Assembly (NCBI GenBank): GCA_038087875.1
Contig: CM075990.1
Span: 9,798,001 to 9,862,000, forward strand
Direction: 5' to 3'
DNA: 64,000 bases
From: Malacoraja senta
Taxonomy: Eukaryota
Shown here: one piece after another, positions 39,401 through 52,460 of the stretch
Layout of the letters: every line of letters starts with the position of its first letter
How positions within the stretch are numbered: position 1 is the stretch's first letter
The notes under the pieces: model-generated
What the model saw: the letters and a program-made list of their open reading frames with translations, nothing else
What the model was told of the DNA's origin: nothing
Databases searched by the model: none
Position numbers and translations under genes: made by a program

Positions 39401-39794
39401 GTAGGAGCTTTGCACAGTGCTGATCTATTGTAATTATTTTTTCAGTGGTCTCAGGTTGAAGTTTTTTATTGGTGTTTATTTTGTTTAGTAATCATGATTT
39501 ATTAAATTATGCTGCATAGTTAGGAAATTCTTCCTTATCATCTCGACCTGGTCTTTGGAGTAGTTAGCAGAGGATGCCTCAGTGAATATCGGGCATTACC
39601 AGTTATCAAAACTGTCGCTTTGTCCTCTTTGGTCTAGAGACTAAATCGGTCTCCGCTAAGTGATTGAAAGCCAGCCAATATTTAGCCAGCCAATAGAAAA
39701 AGATTGGATATTACTGTGCATGGCTAATAGTTTTTCTTTCAAAAAATATTTCAGAATGATGCCCACCGATCTAACTTGTCCTTGATTATAATTT

Positions 39795-40295
39795 GTAAGA
39801 AGAAACTGCAGATGCTGATTTAAATCGAAGATAGACACAAAAAGCTGCAGTAACTCAATGGGACAGGCAACATCTCTGGAGAGAAGGAATGGGTGGTGTT
39901 TCGGGTCGAGACACTTCTTCAGACTGGTTAGGGATAAGGGAAATGAGAGATATTGACGGTGATGTGGATGAGAAGCTAATGCGACTGAGTTGGGGTAGGG
40001 AGAAAGAGAGAGAAGGAATGCAGGTGCTACCTGAAGTGAGATAAATCAATAAATCAATGTAAGCTGCCCAAGCAAAATATGAGATGCTGTTCCTCCAATT
40101 TGCGTTTAGCCTCAGGTTGGTTCATGATCCCCCCGGTCTGCGTTTGATCTCGCCGATGTATAAGAGTCCACATCTTGAACAAAGGATACAGTAGATGAGG
40201 TTGGAGGAGGTGCGTGAACCTCTGCCTAACCTGAAAGGACTGTTGGGGTCCCTGGACAGAGTCGAGGGTGGAGGTATAGCGACAGGTGTTACAAT
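39795..40295 (-). mobile_element. Decayed Penelope-like 3' fragment with hammerhead terminus
   Basis: SNLIYCILCSRCGLLYIGE remnant and ctgaagaagtgtctcgacccgaaac on the - strand. Confidence 0.8.
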
Positions 40296-40349
40296 TTCAT
40301 TGCTTACCTGATTAGATTGATCGAGGTTGTTGTAAAAAAAGAAAGTCTG

Positions 40350-40616
40350 GCACCAGAGGCCTGGGTTTGATCCTGACTTCGGGTGCTGCCTGTGTGAAGT
40401 TTGCATGTGGATTTCCTCCGTGCTCCAGTTTTCTTCCACATTCCAAAGATGTCTGGGTTTGTAGTTAATTTGCCTCTGTAAATTGCCCTTAGTGTGTAGG
40501 GAGTGGGAAAGTTGCACAATATAGCAGTACATGTGAACAGGTAATTGATGGTCAGCATGAACTTGATGGGCTGAAGATCCTATTTCAATGCTGTATCTAT
40601 AAACTCTAAACTAAAA
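40350..40616 (+). mobile_element. HE1/V-SINE, decayed
   Basis: B-box remnant, V-domain-like core and a ctaaa tail. Confidence 0.7.
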
Positions 40617-41086
40617 TATGCTATGGATCTCTTGCCAAAACTAATTCTGTCAAAATTTGTGTTAAAATGAAAGAAATACTGTAGTGCATCACAACTTTAT
40701 TCATTGGGCAGTGACAACTTTTAAGGTATGATTTGATTTGATGTGCAGTGATTTTGCTGTTTAACGATAAATGTTGTAAGCTACAAATGCTTTGACTGAA
40801 TTAAATCTATTATAATAAGTTTGTTCTGGTCTGCCTACATTCTCGCTTGTTATGGAGTATTAAAAATGTTGCTTTTTTAATCTATTTTCTTTAATGAAAG
40901 ATGGTGCATTTATTATTTTCACATAGTTTTAGTACTTTTTGGGAGAAAAAAGCCTCTCTGCTAATTAATCATGTGGCTATAAAATGGGATTATTGTTTGG
41001 ATTTTTCATGAAGATCTGAGTGATGCATAACACACAGACATTTGTCCTCTTACCACATTGTATACCCTAGTTCTTTCACAAGCTGA

Positions 41087-41332
41087 AGGGCCTGTCCCAC
41101 TTGGCGATTTTATCGGCAACTGCTGGCATCATTGACTGACATATCAGGTCACCGAAAAATTTGTGGCGTATCGGCGGCGGTAACGCGGCGCGATGACGTA
41201 TTGACACGTGGTGTTTTTCTAGTGTCGCAACTTTTTTTTGTCGCTGCTGGATTTTGAAATGTTCAAAATCTTTTGGCGACACTCGTATGACGCCGGCAGT
41301 CGCCGAAAAAATCGCCAAGTGGGATAGGCCCT
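41087..41332. mobile_element. PIF/Harbinger-type MITE
   Basis: TIRs AGGGCCTGTCCCACTTGGCGA / TCGCCAAGTGGGATAGGCCCT extend imperfectly for about 45 bp. 3-bp TSD TGA. Confidence 0.85.
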
Positions 41333-41919
41333 TGAGAGACCTCCAAATACTGGTGTACCACTGTGACCTGATTACTTTTGCTACCTACTTACATACTGAA
41401 AGATGCCTCCCTTGGGGCCAGAGCCGGTGCCTTTATTGTTTTGTATATATTTTAATAATTTTGTCATGGTCCACAGGGTAGCATTTCCAAATTTCCAGGT
41501 GGAAAATTGCTTGGAATTGTTGAGGAAGAGAGCAATAGGTTGCTGTAGGATATTGAGAGATGTCAGAAATTTGATACAATGCAGTAAAGTGATGCTCTTC
41601 GGAGAATCAGTAAAGACACATTATAGATTGATTGTTACTGCCTCCATGAATGAACAATTGGAAGATCTGAGTTTGATGCATAACGCACAGACATTTCTTG
41701 TCTTATTTCTTGCATGTTGATGGTATCTACAAATCCTCAGATTAAACTCTGGTTGAGTTGATTTGTAAATGTTTGAGGAAATTAGGGCAATTCTGATTTG
41801 AACAATCACTGAGCTTTTGATCTATGTTCGTGCAACTATATATTTTTAAAACAAAATTAAAATTCCTTGCAGTGAAAGCTATAATTTTCTAACCTTCAAA
41901 ATATTTTGATATTAGTTTC

Positions 41920-42105
41920 CATGGCTCTGGATCAGGAGAGGAGGTCCATGGGGAGGAGCTAATGCCACATGAACACAAATCGTGGTCTGATCAACCACGG
42001 CTGGGTCGCCTGGGTGTGGGTGTCTGATGTTGAAAGACCCGAAACACCCAATGACCACAGGTTACATCACTGATGATGTGTTCTGGAGCATCAATAGATG
42101 TATTT
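41920..42105 (+). mobile_element. 3' end of a Hero-like (R2 group) non-LTR retrotransposon
   Basis: C-terminal WLWIRRGGPW, followed by ggtctgatcaacc...gaaagacccgaaacaccc...catcactgatgatgtg, recalled as a Hero 3' UTR. Confidence 0.6.
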
Positions 42106-42154
42106 TTATCAATCAAACTGAACGGATAATTCACTGGATGCCTGACCTGCCATT

Positions 42155-43005
42155 GGCGAGTGGTGGCGCCATCGAGTGTGGCAGCCTCGCCTGCAGCTGT
42201 TCGTCCTTTCATCCTTTACAACATTTTTAGTTCGTCAAAAGTTTTGTTTTCGAGGTCTTTTAGTCTTTTTATGTGGGGGGGGGAGGGGGAAACTGTTTTT
42301 CTCAGTCACAACCTGGTCAAGGATGCGTTTTTCCTCCGAGCCGCAACGTTGCCCCCTCCTTGCGGCCTACCATCTGGATTGGCGCGGTCTTTCCTGCCGA
42401 AGTCCGGCCAGAGCTTCAGCTTCAGCAGAGGCGCAGCACTGAAGTACCATCGCGGAGCGGGTGATGCCTTACTAGAGTCGCCGTGTTGGAAGCTCCGGAG
42501 TGCTGGGACTGCCGACTCTAACACCGTGGAGCTGTGGTTTGCGGAGCTCCCAGCCACGTGCGGCGCTGACTTTAAACACCGCGAAGGCCTGGGATCTTTC
42601 GCCAAGGTCGCCAGTGTTGGAGCTCCGCCCAGCTCAGCCTGTGGACTTCGGGAGCCGCGGTCTCTAGTAGGAAGCGGCCGATTCGGAACTCCAAGCCGCT
42701 GAGAGTGTTCTTCCGACGCCGGAGCTCCATCATTCCTGCGAGAGGGCCTGAAACATCGGGCCGACATTTGCGGCGACTGCGGAGGCCTCAATAAGCCCCG
42801 ACCACGGGTGAACATAGAGGAAGTGGACTGAACTTTGCTGCCTTCCCTCACAGTGGGAAACTTTGATTCCGCTGTGGGGGGATATTTTTTTATGTTTAAT
42901 GTTAAATTCTATAGTGTTGTGTTTATCTTATTTGTGTGCTGCATGGTAATTCAAATTTCACTGCACCAATTGGTGTATGTGACAATAAATGTCCCTTGTC
43001 CTTTG
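42155..43005 (+). mobile_element. GC-rich non-autonomous retroelement with Rex1-type 3' end
   Basis: Ends aatttcactgcacc...gtgacaataaa plus (tgtcc)-like repeats. No recognisable protein. Confidence 0.7.
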
Positions 43006-44499
43006 TCCATTCATATTCCAACATGAAAGTAATGGGTGCAAACATGCAACGATCAACTGTTAATTGGGTTTGTCGGCCCCACAAGATGTTTGTTTCATTC
43101 ATATGGATGGAAGGTCACGTGACAGGTCCTCGCGTGCACTAACAATGTTTTCATTAAAGGTGTGGCTCCCTAAAACTATTTTTAAAAAACCTCATAGGCA
43201 AGGCCTAACTTCGCAATTCCCTTTAATTACCGTGGAATGTAAGAAATACAAACAAATAAGCAAAACAAAAATTGATTTTTATGTATTTGGAAGTTGGAAG
43301 CTGACCTTCAAAAAATAGATTTGGGGATTTGAACATTTGTCCAATAATCAAAAGGTAGTCTCTTTCAATATATTAGTGTCTGTTGGTCATATATTGCTTC
43401 AGGCAATGCAACTTGATCTTTGCAGTGAAAATCACACAGAGAACGGTGGCAAAACGATTCCTACAAACAAGCAAAACCAGTGGCAATGCTGGACAGAGAG
43501 TAAACATATATTTTTGGTTAGTAAACCTAGGTTTTTATATTTTCAGCATCAGGAATTGAGGCAGACTTCGGTACACCATGTCTGTATATTTTATGAGAGT
43601 TTCTGTCAAATGCTTGATATCATTTCCTGGATTGAGATTGTTCTTTGCAGAATGTACAAACCAGTTGAACATCTACCTTATCATGAAGTCCAAATTGCAT
43701 ATTTTTTTTGAGCAACAGGTCAATGGAATTGCAAAAGCATCACTCGACTTATTGAATAGGCTGCCTTCCTTTCAGATTTGTGTGGACAAAAGTGATTCTT
43801 ACCACACATTACATTGGCACTGGCAATCACAATTCTAACAAGATTCACAGTGCTGAAACCATTCAATAACTTCTAAGAAATCCATAATAGCTAATGTTAT
43901 TATATTAGCAGCACTTGCCTTTACTAATTTTCTCATTCCAGAATACATAAATAAATTTATGGTTGACGTGCTTCCACATATACACCAAATATAATTCATT
44001 AAAATGTCTGTTGATTCATTAAAAAGTTATGAGTATGGCAATGTGCTGGTGTCATCAACTCACTCCCCTTTGAAATGTGAGTCTAAAATTGATTTAACAA
44101 TTTCTGTGAACACATTTTATAGCCTCTAAAATTACCCTTCAACATTTCGGCTTGCATATTATATTAAGTTTTTTGTAAGCAATATAAATTGCAATCTGTA
44201 ATGCATGACATTTTCAGTCAATTGATATTATACCTGATCAACCAACCATAACATCAAAGGATATTATCAGGCAGCAGAATGCAGACAATGTGCTCAATGT
44301 TTTGATGTCCCTGCATGTGCTTTTAAGCTACAATAATAGACATTATGTGCAGGAGTAGGTCATTCGGCCCTTCGAGCCAGCACCGCCATTCAATATGATC
44401 ATGGCTGATCATCCACAATTAATACCCCGTTCCTGCCTTCTCCCATATCCCCTGACTCCGCTATCTTTATTGTACAATAATGTGTACAAGTTCCCTTAA

Positions 44500-46090
44500 A
44501 AGGGCACAAAGTCAGCGGGTCAGGGAGCATCTCTGAAGAACGTGGAAAAATGATGTTTTGGGCCGATATCCTTCAGTTTGATTGTAGGGGGGAAGAAGAA
44601 AGCTGGAAAAGGGGAGAGGCAAGACAAAGCATTACAGTTAATAGGTTGACACAGGCGAGGGGGCAGATGGTTGAAAAAAGTTCAGAGATAAGAACAATAG
44701 GTGTGAGACAGGTTTGAAGTGTGGCGGACTGTTAAGCCTGGGGAAGGAAAGTAGTAAGTGTGGTTATGGATATGGAGAGGAGAAATAGATGGGCGTACAG
44801 GTGGGTCCCAGGGGAGGGAATGGGGAAAGTAGAAAAGAGGGGAGATGGGGAAGAACACAGGGGGAGGAGTTAGTTAGAGGTGACCTAAAACTGTAGAATT
44901 TAACGTTCATACCGTTTGGTTGTAATAAGAAGAAGCGGAATATCCAGTCAGAATATGAGGTGCTGTTCCTCCAGTTTGTGTGTGGCCTCACTCTGGCAAT
45001 AGCGGACAGAAGGTCAGTGCGGGAATGGGAAGGAGAATTAAAATGGTTAACGACCAGGAGATCCAGTAGGCCTTGGTGGACCGAGTGCAAGTGTTCTGCA
45101 AAATGGTCGCCAATGTACAGGAGGCCACATCGGGAACACCGGATGCAGTAGATTAGGTTCACATGTACCTCTATCTCATCTGGAAGAACTGCTGGGGTCC
45201 CTCGATGGAGGTGAAAGAGGAGATATGGGGACAGGTGTTACATCTCCTGTGGTTGCAGGGGAAAGTACCTGTGGAGGGGATATTTTAGGTGGGAAGGGAT
45301 GAGTGAACCAAGGTGTTGACGAGAGAGCAGTTTCTGCGGAAGGCAGAGAGAGGTGGAGATGGGAAGATGTGACGGAAATGTCGGTATATGATGTGTTGGA
45401 TAGAAACATAGAAACATAGAAAATAGGTGCACGAGTAGGCCATTCGGCCCTTCGAGTCTGCCCCGCCATTCAATATGATCATGGCTGATCATCCAACTCA
45501 GTATCCCGTACCTGCCTTCTCTCCATACCCCCTGATCCCCTTAGCCACAAGGGCCACATCTAACTCCCTCTTAAATATAGCCAATGAACTGGCCTCAACT
45601 ACCTTCTGTGGCAGAGAATTCCAGAGATTCACCACTCTCTGTGTGAAAAATGTTTTTCTCATCTCGGTCTTAAAATACTTCCCCCTTATCCTTAAACTGT
45701 GACCCCTTGTTCTGGACTTCCCCAACATCGGGAACAATCTTCCTGCATCTAGCCTGTCCAACCCCTTAAGATGCAGAGGCTGGTGGGGTAAAAGATAAAG
45801 ACACTCTATTCTTGTTCCGTCTGGGGGAAGGCAGAGCAAGAGCAGACCTACTGGACACAGGAGATGCGGGTGAGGGATCCATCTATGACAGAAGGGGGAA
45901 AGCCAAGTTTATTAGAGAATGGGAACATCTTGGATTTCTGAGAACAGAAAGTCTCATCTTGGAGCAGATGTGGTGGAGACGTAGGAATTAAGAGTCGGGA
46001 ATAGTGTCTTTGCAAGTGACAGGGTGGGAGGAAGTGTATACCAGATAACTGTGAGTCGACAAGTTTAAAGTAGACGTCAGAATGTCTACA
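44500..46090 (-). mobile_element. Decayed Penelope-like element interrupted by a CR1 insertion
   Basis: NLIYCIRCSRCGLLYIG remnant. Collinear with 5865-7000 on both sides of 45401-45770. Confidence 0.8.
45401..45770 (-). mobile_element. Young CR1 3' fragment, same subfamily as 14377-19017
   Basis: Near-identical to 14380-14747, with an intact C-terminus ...QRVVNLWNSLPQ...GTGY. Confidence 0.92.
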
Positions 46091-49000
46091 TAGATTTCCC
46101 TTAACTTTCTTTGCAATGCCCCTTCGTTTCATCTGTTGTGGTCGGCTCAATCCATTTATTTGAATCAGTACCTATCTGTTCCTTTCTATATTCTGTATAG
46201 AGACAATCAGCTCTTTGTGGGTGATTTTCCTTCCAACTCGGTTCCTTGGCACAGTAACAATGCCAAATCTGATCCTCTTGTAGATTTGGCATGAGATTGA
46301 AAACACTTGCATAAACTATTTTCCTGTTACCTTGCACGTTTGTTACCTTAAATGATTATGAAGCTACAATCAAACATGAGTGGTGTCATGGGTATGGTGT
46401 CCATGATTGAAACAAAGGAGGACCGCTGTAAGCTTGCTAGCCCACACATGGTCTTAGTAAACTTAGAACATGTCATGTTCAGCCAGAAGCCTCCCATCAC
46501 TCAAGGACCTTTGTGTAAGGTTTTACATTCTTTATAATTGATGAGAAAAAAATCTTAGTGCAAAATTAACAATGCCACTTTAAATATTACCACTTGTTTT
46601 GTCAACTATTAAATTATTCAATCAGACACACGCAACAACTAATATTCAACTAAGAACTGTCTGAAGAAGGGTCCCAACCCAAAACATCACCTGTCTATAT
46701 TCTCCAGAGATGGTACCTGACCCGCTGAGTTGATCCAGTGCTTTGAGTCTTTTTCACTAATAACATTAATCCTGATTCTCATTTCCATAATGCTGTTTGA
46801 ATTCCTGATTCTCTCCAGCATTATATTTTGTTTTAATTTTTGTAAATGTACATCCTAGTTTCTTGCATATTGACTGGTTTGTGTACGACAAGAAAAACCT
46901 GGATTTTTGCATCAACAGTTACTGATAATTTTACGTTTAAATTTGAGGCTGAAAACGTATTAAGAATAATACTTTTACAGTAGTAAAGAGTCCAAGATTT
47001 TGGTATGTCTTAACTAAATCTGCATTGGAGATGAGACAAATATAGCCATCATTTTGGTTACTTAGCACATTGCTATAATTGAGTTATGAGCCAGTTACTC
47101 AGATATAGAGTGACTCAGATCTGCACTATTAAATTGAAAGTAATTAAATAATCTCGAAACTTGGAAAGACTTGAAATAAGCACCCCAAGAGACCAGTCAA
47201 GCCTCACTGCCCATCGGGATTAATCCTTTATTTCAAGAAAGTAATTAAGTAGAATTAGCGATTGGTTTGAATTTGCTGATTAAATTTTTTTGCAGCTGAT
47301 CAGACCACAAGATCTTAATGTTCTGAAGTAATTGCACTTCAGTAATGCAATGAAGGCTAAAGAAGTCAATGGAGCACTGTGTAATTACATTTCAACACTG
47401 CATGTTTTATAAAGGTTATTGCAGAGAGCTTGACTTGTTGCTGAGAGAAGTAAAAAGGAAAGATGGAAAGTACAAAACAGGCATTACTGACTTATGGTCC
47501 TGAGTATTACTGGAACGTTTAAAAATCTTTTTGATGGCTTTATTTCTCTATCTCGCTCTCTTTTTAAATAAATCTCAATTTGCATTTCTTTGTATTGAAA
47601 CCAAGCTTTCAGGTCACTTTTTAAAAGTTAGCGTCAGTGGCTCAAACTCCCTGTGATATATCTTGAAAATGTTTTTTGTGTGCACCCAAGAATAACTCAA
47701 CAATTGTCCAAAACTATATTTAACTTTTTTTTTGTTTGCAGTTCGTGTTTATAATTCTTTGTTATTCCCACTGATCGTCACCATTTTGATCCAACTAAGG
47801 CAAATTTGCATATTTTCTTTCCAAGAAGGAACTGATAAAATAAAAGGATTTGTGTGCGTAACTTAATATTAGTATGTAAGAACAAAATGACTAAATCATA
47901 TGTTAAGTTCACACTAGGAATTCAATTGGACAGACATTTTGAGTAATTGATTAGGAACCTCCGTTGCCCCAGAATATTCAAGGCACCATAACTGAGGAAG
48001 ACAATACTAGTCTAGGAGGCTGTACAATTTTATTAGGATGATGCTTACATTTAAAGGGTTAAATTATGAGGTAAAGTAGAATAACTATGTATTTAAGAAT
48101 AACTATGTAAAGTAGAATAACTTGAATTTAAAGAATTTTGCTAAGGATTTTAAATCTATGAAATGATTTGGTAGAAGAAAATTAGGGACAAAATCTTAGC
48201 ATGAGCTAGGTTATTCAAGAATGAAGTCAAGAACGAATTTCTCTATAAAGGTGGAGCAAAAGTGGAATTAAAGTCCACACATAACTCCATCAGCCTTACC
48301 AAATAAAAGTCTAATTAATCTCTTTCAGAAGCCACGTACAATTTTTTTGTGTGCAAAATATTTGAAAGGCTGTGTGGATCAAAAGTAGCCAATAGGATTG
48401 AAATTCAGACTTGTCTTCGTCCAGCTAAATGTTGGAAGTGCTTTATGTTTGTGTGATCTATATGGAAAAGCATTTTAAGTGGTGTGTTTTCTTACAAATT
48501 GTTGTCACTGGTGAGTGGATATCTTTTCACTTAGAAGCTTTTCTTAAATTTTGTGGATGGAATTAACGTTTATGTGATTGCTTAAAGAGTGGGGAATGGG
48601 AGAAACAGCATTAATATTTCTCGATGGTGATATCGTATTATTTGTGACTGACAAAACCTTAAATGTGAGGTTGAAGTATTTTGTGAGGTAAATAATAATT
48701 AATATTATAGATCTCTTTTCAATTTTACCAAAATGTAGTCATTAGAGCAGGAATAACATTACGTACGTAGTAAATTGTTTATTGTTAATCTTAACTATGT
48801 TGTATAATGAGCAGGATTCCAGTTAGTCATTTATAATTTGAAAGGGTATGGGAGTGGAGATCTTGGTATTGACGGACACGATGGCATCCTGCACCAATTA
48901 GTGCAAAATTGCCAATTATGATGCCTTGTATTATTCAGTGTAGGTACAGCAGAAATGAGTGCCATTTTTATCAATTGTATATAAACAACATTTAAGAGCC

Positions 49001-49884
49001 TCCTGAACTTTCTATTGATCACCTGAGATCAAATCAAAATCTATTGCTTGAAGGATGAAGTGTGGAACCCCATCGCTCACCAATCTATGGTCAAGTTCCT
49101 GTAAGGACACTCTTCATTAGGAACAAATGCAACAGATGGATAGAGCAGACCAATCTCTGGCTTCTAATGAGCTGGTCTCGGCAAGACCGTGCATTTTATT
49201 ATCAGCTTTGCTTAAATGGTGTTACTTGCTTGAATTAAATGGTTCCCAGGGACTTTATTGAGGGCATAGTTGTTCAACTATTGTAACAAGTGAACACACA
49301 TCTCTCCCCATTTGAAGCTAACACACTCAAACAGAAGTTAGTAAAAAACATAATGACAGAAGTTTTGGCTATTTTGTTTTCCTTCCTTTCTTTAAATATA
49401 TAAGACAATCATAAAGCGAAAGAAGCTGCATTTATTAATATCCCTGCATCATGTTTTTATGATGTTTCTCAATTTAAATAAACATTTTTATAATCACTAT
49501 TTATCATTGGCAAATGTGGCAGCCAGTTTGCACGCATGAAGGTATCGGGCACAGCAGATGTGGACAAAAAGAATAGTTATGTTGGTGATATGATAGTGTG
49601 CTGCCACTCTTGGAACTGTAATTCCAAAAGCAGTGGTTCTATCGGAAGACCAATGGAAAGCTGGACAATGTGCATCCTAAGCTGAACAGCAACATTGAAT
49701 TACAAGACATTTTTTTACTTTGATTAAAACCTTAACATTTTGTAAGCGAGTTTAATATGTTGATAAATGTTGACTTTAAGTACTTTTAGAGTTATAAGGT
49801 CATACAGCATGGAAATTGGCTTTTGGCCCAACTTTCTCCTATCTACAACTACCTGCTCATATTTAGCCTATATCCCTCTAAAAC

Positions 49885-50265
49885 CCTCGATTCGCAATTA
49901 CCAACCTGATCTCCTGGTGGCTCACCAACTCCCCCTTCCATTCCGAATCCTACCTTTCTGTCCTGGGCCTCCTCCATGGCCAGAGTGAGGACCACGGTAA
50001 ATTGGAGGAGCAGCAGCTCATATATCGCTTGGGCAGTTTGCACCCCAGCGGTATGAACATTGACTTCTCTAATTTCAGGTAGTCCCTACTTTCGCCTCCC
50101 CTTCTCAGCTCTCCCTCAGCCCACTGGCTCCACCTCTTCCTTTCCTCTTCCCGCCCACCCCCACCCTCACATCAGTCTGAAGAAGGGTTTCGACCCGAAA
50201 CGTTGCCTATTTCCTTCGCTCCATAGATGCTGCCTCACCCGCTGAGTTTCTCCAGCATTTTTGTC
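49885..50265 (+). mobile_element. Penelope-like 3' end with hammerhead (CTGAAGA-a-gggt ttcg accc-GAAAC-GTT at 50177-50204)
   Basis: C-terminal remnant KLEEQQLIYRLGSLHP. 12-bp TSD tccctctaaaac at 49873-49884 and 50266-50277. Confidence 0.85.
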
Positions 50266-50469
50266 TCCCTCTAAAACTTCATATCCCGTTTTTTTGATTA
50301 ATCTTGCACTACATTGCATTTTCTTCAAATAAAATAAAAAATATTGATCTACCCTACCATGGCTCACTGTGTAGTGCAGTTCATAGGAAGAAGCAATGCA
50401 TAATTTTCCCATTTTCAAATACCTTTATAGGTCAAATAAACATACTTATGCAAAAGTGCTTAGCATGTA

Positions 50470-51786
50470 TCTATCTATACATAACCAAAACTCTGATCTT
50501 GTGCTCTTCCGGTTTGCGCGGTTTTTCTATTTGCACAAAACTGGTACGTGATAGCGCTCCGATTTTTCGACTGCTTCCTCACCGTTCACCTGTGCTGCGA
50601 GTGCAACAAGTTTTGTTCCGATCTATGGTATATTGTAAAAGTTATTAAGGTTTAAAAATCGTAAAAACCACGCATGCCGAGATTGCTGTCGGTCACTGCT
50701 ACGCAGATTGGTCTCCTCTCCTGTCAGTCGGAAAGGGGCGTCGCTGGGACAGCGATGGCCCTTCGTGGCACCATCGCCGCACTGATTGGCTGCGTCCGCT
50801 GTGGGGGCCTGGACTGGACCCCAGGCGGCGACCGAGCTGAGGGCTGGAGTCGTGCCCAAGCCCGGGGCCTGGTCAAGGTGTACCAACGCCTCGGGGGCTG
50901 CCTGGCCGCCGCCATCCTGGAGCACAGCGTCCGCTTCCTGCTCTGCGGGCAGCTCTGGCTCGGCCGCCCGCCACCCTCACCTCGCCCCTGGCACAGCAAG
51001 CTCGGCTCCATCGAGGGCCAGGTCCTCGAGTGCTTCGGCCGCCAACAGCCAGGGCCGGGCCGAGTACAAGAACCGGGCCGAGTTCCTGGCCCTGAAGCTG
51101 CTCTACGACCTGGGTAGGTGCTGGGGCAGGGAATGGGAGTGAGGGGAGGAGGATGGAGTGGTAGAGGGAGATGGGGGGGGGGGGCAGCGCTGAACCCCGC
51201 TGTCTACCTGCTGGCGAGGGACACCACAGGCTCGGGACGGGCAGTGGCTCCTGCCGTGGGCGCGGACACCGGGAGTGGCCCTAACGCACCGCAGCGTTAC
51301 ACGGAGAGAGGGAGCGCCGCAGCCCGGCCCACAGCACGGGGAGGGGGGGAGGGGGGAGAAGATGGAGGGAGGGGGTTGAGAGGGATGAGGGAAGGAGAGG
51401 GATGAAGGGGGAGAGAGGATGAGGGCGGGAGGGGGAGAAAGGAATGGGGGAGGGAGGGGGGAGAGAGGGTGGGTGGGGGGAGAGAGGGTGGGTGGGGGGA
51501 GAGAGGAATGAGGGACGGAGTGGGAGAGAGGAATGAGGGAGGGAGGGGGAGAGGGAAGAGTGGGATGGGGAGAGGGAGGAAGGGGGGAAGAGAGGGAGGG
51601 AGTGGGGTAGCGAGGTGGTGAGTGCAGGGGATACAGAGGGGGGTGGAAGGGAGAGGGGGACAGGGAGGGGTGGATTTGATGGGAGGGGGATAGGCGTGAG
51701 TGGTGGAATATTGAGTTGGGGAATGGGTTGCGTTGGGGGAACCAGACCTCCCGTGTGACAGGGACCCAACGGGTCGCACAGTCTAG
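50470..51786 (+). mobile_element. Non-autonomous Helitron carrying a captured gene fragment
   Basis: A|TC 5' end (tctatctatacat), subterminal hairpin gaccc-aac-gggtc and a CTAG|T 3' end. No TSD. Confidence 0.8.
50860..51113 (+). pseudogene. Captured SAC3/GANP-domain (SAC3D1-like) exon fragment
   Basis: QRLGGCLAAAILEHSVRFLL...QVLECFG, a frameshift, then YKNRAEFLALKLLYDLG and donor G|GTAGGT. Confidence 0.65.
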
Positions 51787-51809
51787 TTCTTGAGTAAAAA
51801 CTTAGTTCT

Positions 51810-52460
51810 CTCTTACAATCGGCCCAACATGCCCTATTTACACTACTCCCACCTGCTTGCATTTGGCCAATATAGCTGTAAATCTATCCTATCCATATAC
51901 CTATCCAATGTTTTTAAACGTTGTGATAGTACCTGCCTCAATTATCTCCTCCAGCAGCTCGTTGGTTAGTTGGTTCGAACCCGAAACGCTACCCATTCCT
52001 TTTTTTCCAGAGATGCTGCCTGACCCGCTGAGTTACTCCAACATTTTATGTCAATCCACAATACTCTAAATGTGGCCACATCAATATCTTGTACAACTGT
52101 AACATGACCTCCCAACTGCTATACTCAGTACTGATGAAGGTCAATGTGTATAGCATCTTGGCAATCCTATCTACCTGTGACGCCACTTTCAAGGAACTAT
52201 TTACCAACATGCCTAGATCCCTCTACTCTACAACACTTGCCAGAACCCTGCCACTCACAGTGTAGGTCCTGCCCTGGTCAGACTTCCAAAAATGCAACAC
52301 CTTGTACTTCTCTGTATTAAACTCCATCAACCATTCCTCAGCCCACCTGCCCAAATGATCACAATACTGCTGCAATTTTGGACAACCATCTTCACTATCT
52401 GCAATACCACCCACTTGAGTGTCACCTGCAAACTTACTAATCATGCCTTGTACATTTACA
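51810..52460 (-). mobile_element. Decayed CR1 fragment with a nested short Penelope-derived piece (~51975-52050)
   Basis: ISKFAGDTQVGG...WAEEWLMEFN RT remnant. Confidence 0.75.

Noticed and set aside
42018..42050. Hammerhead-like CTGATG...GAAA in the Hero-like UTR
   Set aside because: The core reads CTGATGT rather than CTGANGA, and there is no proper stem II/III arrangement.
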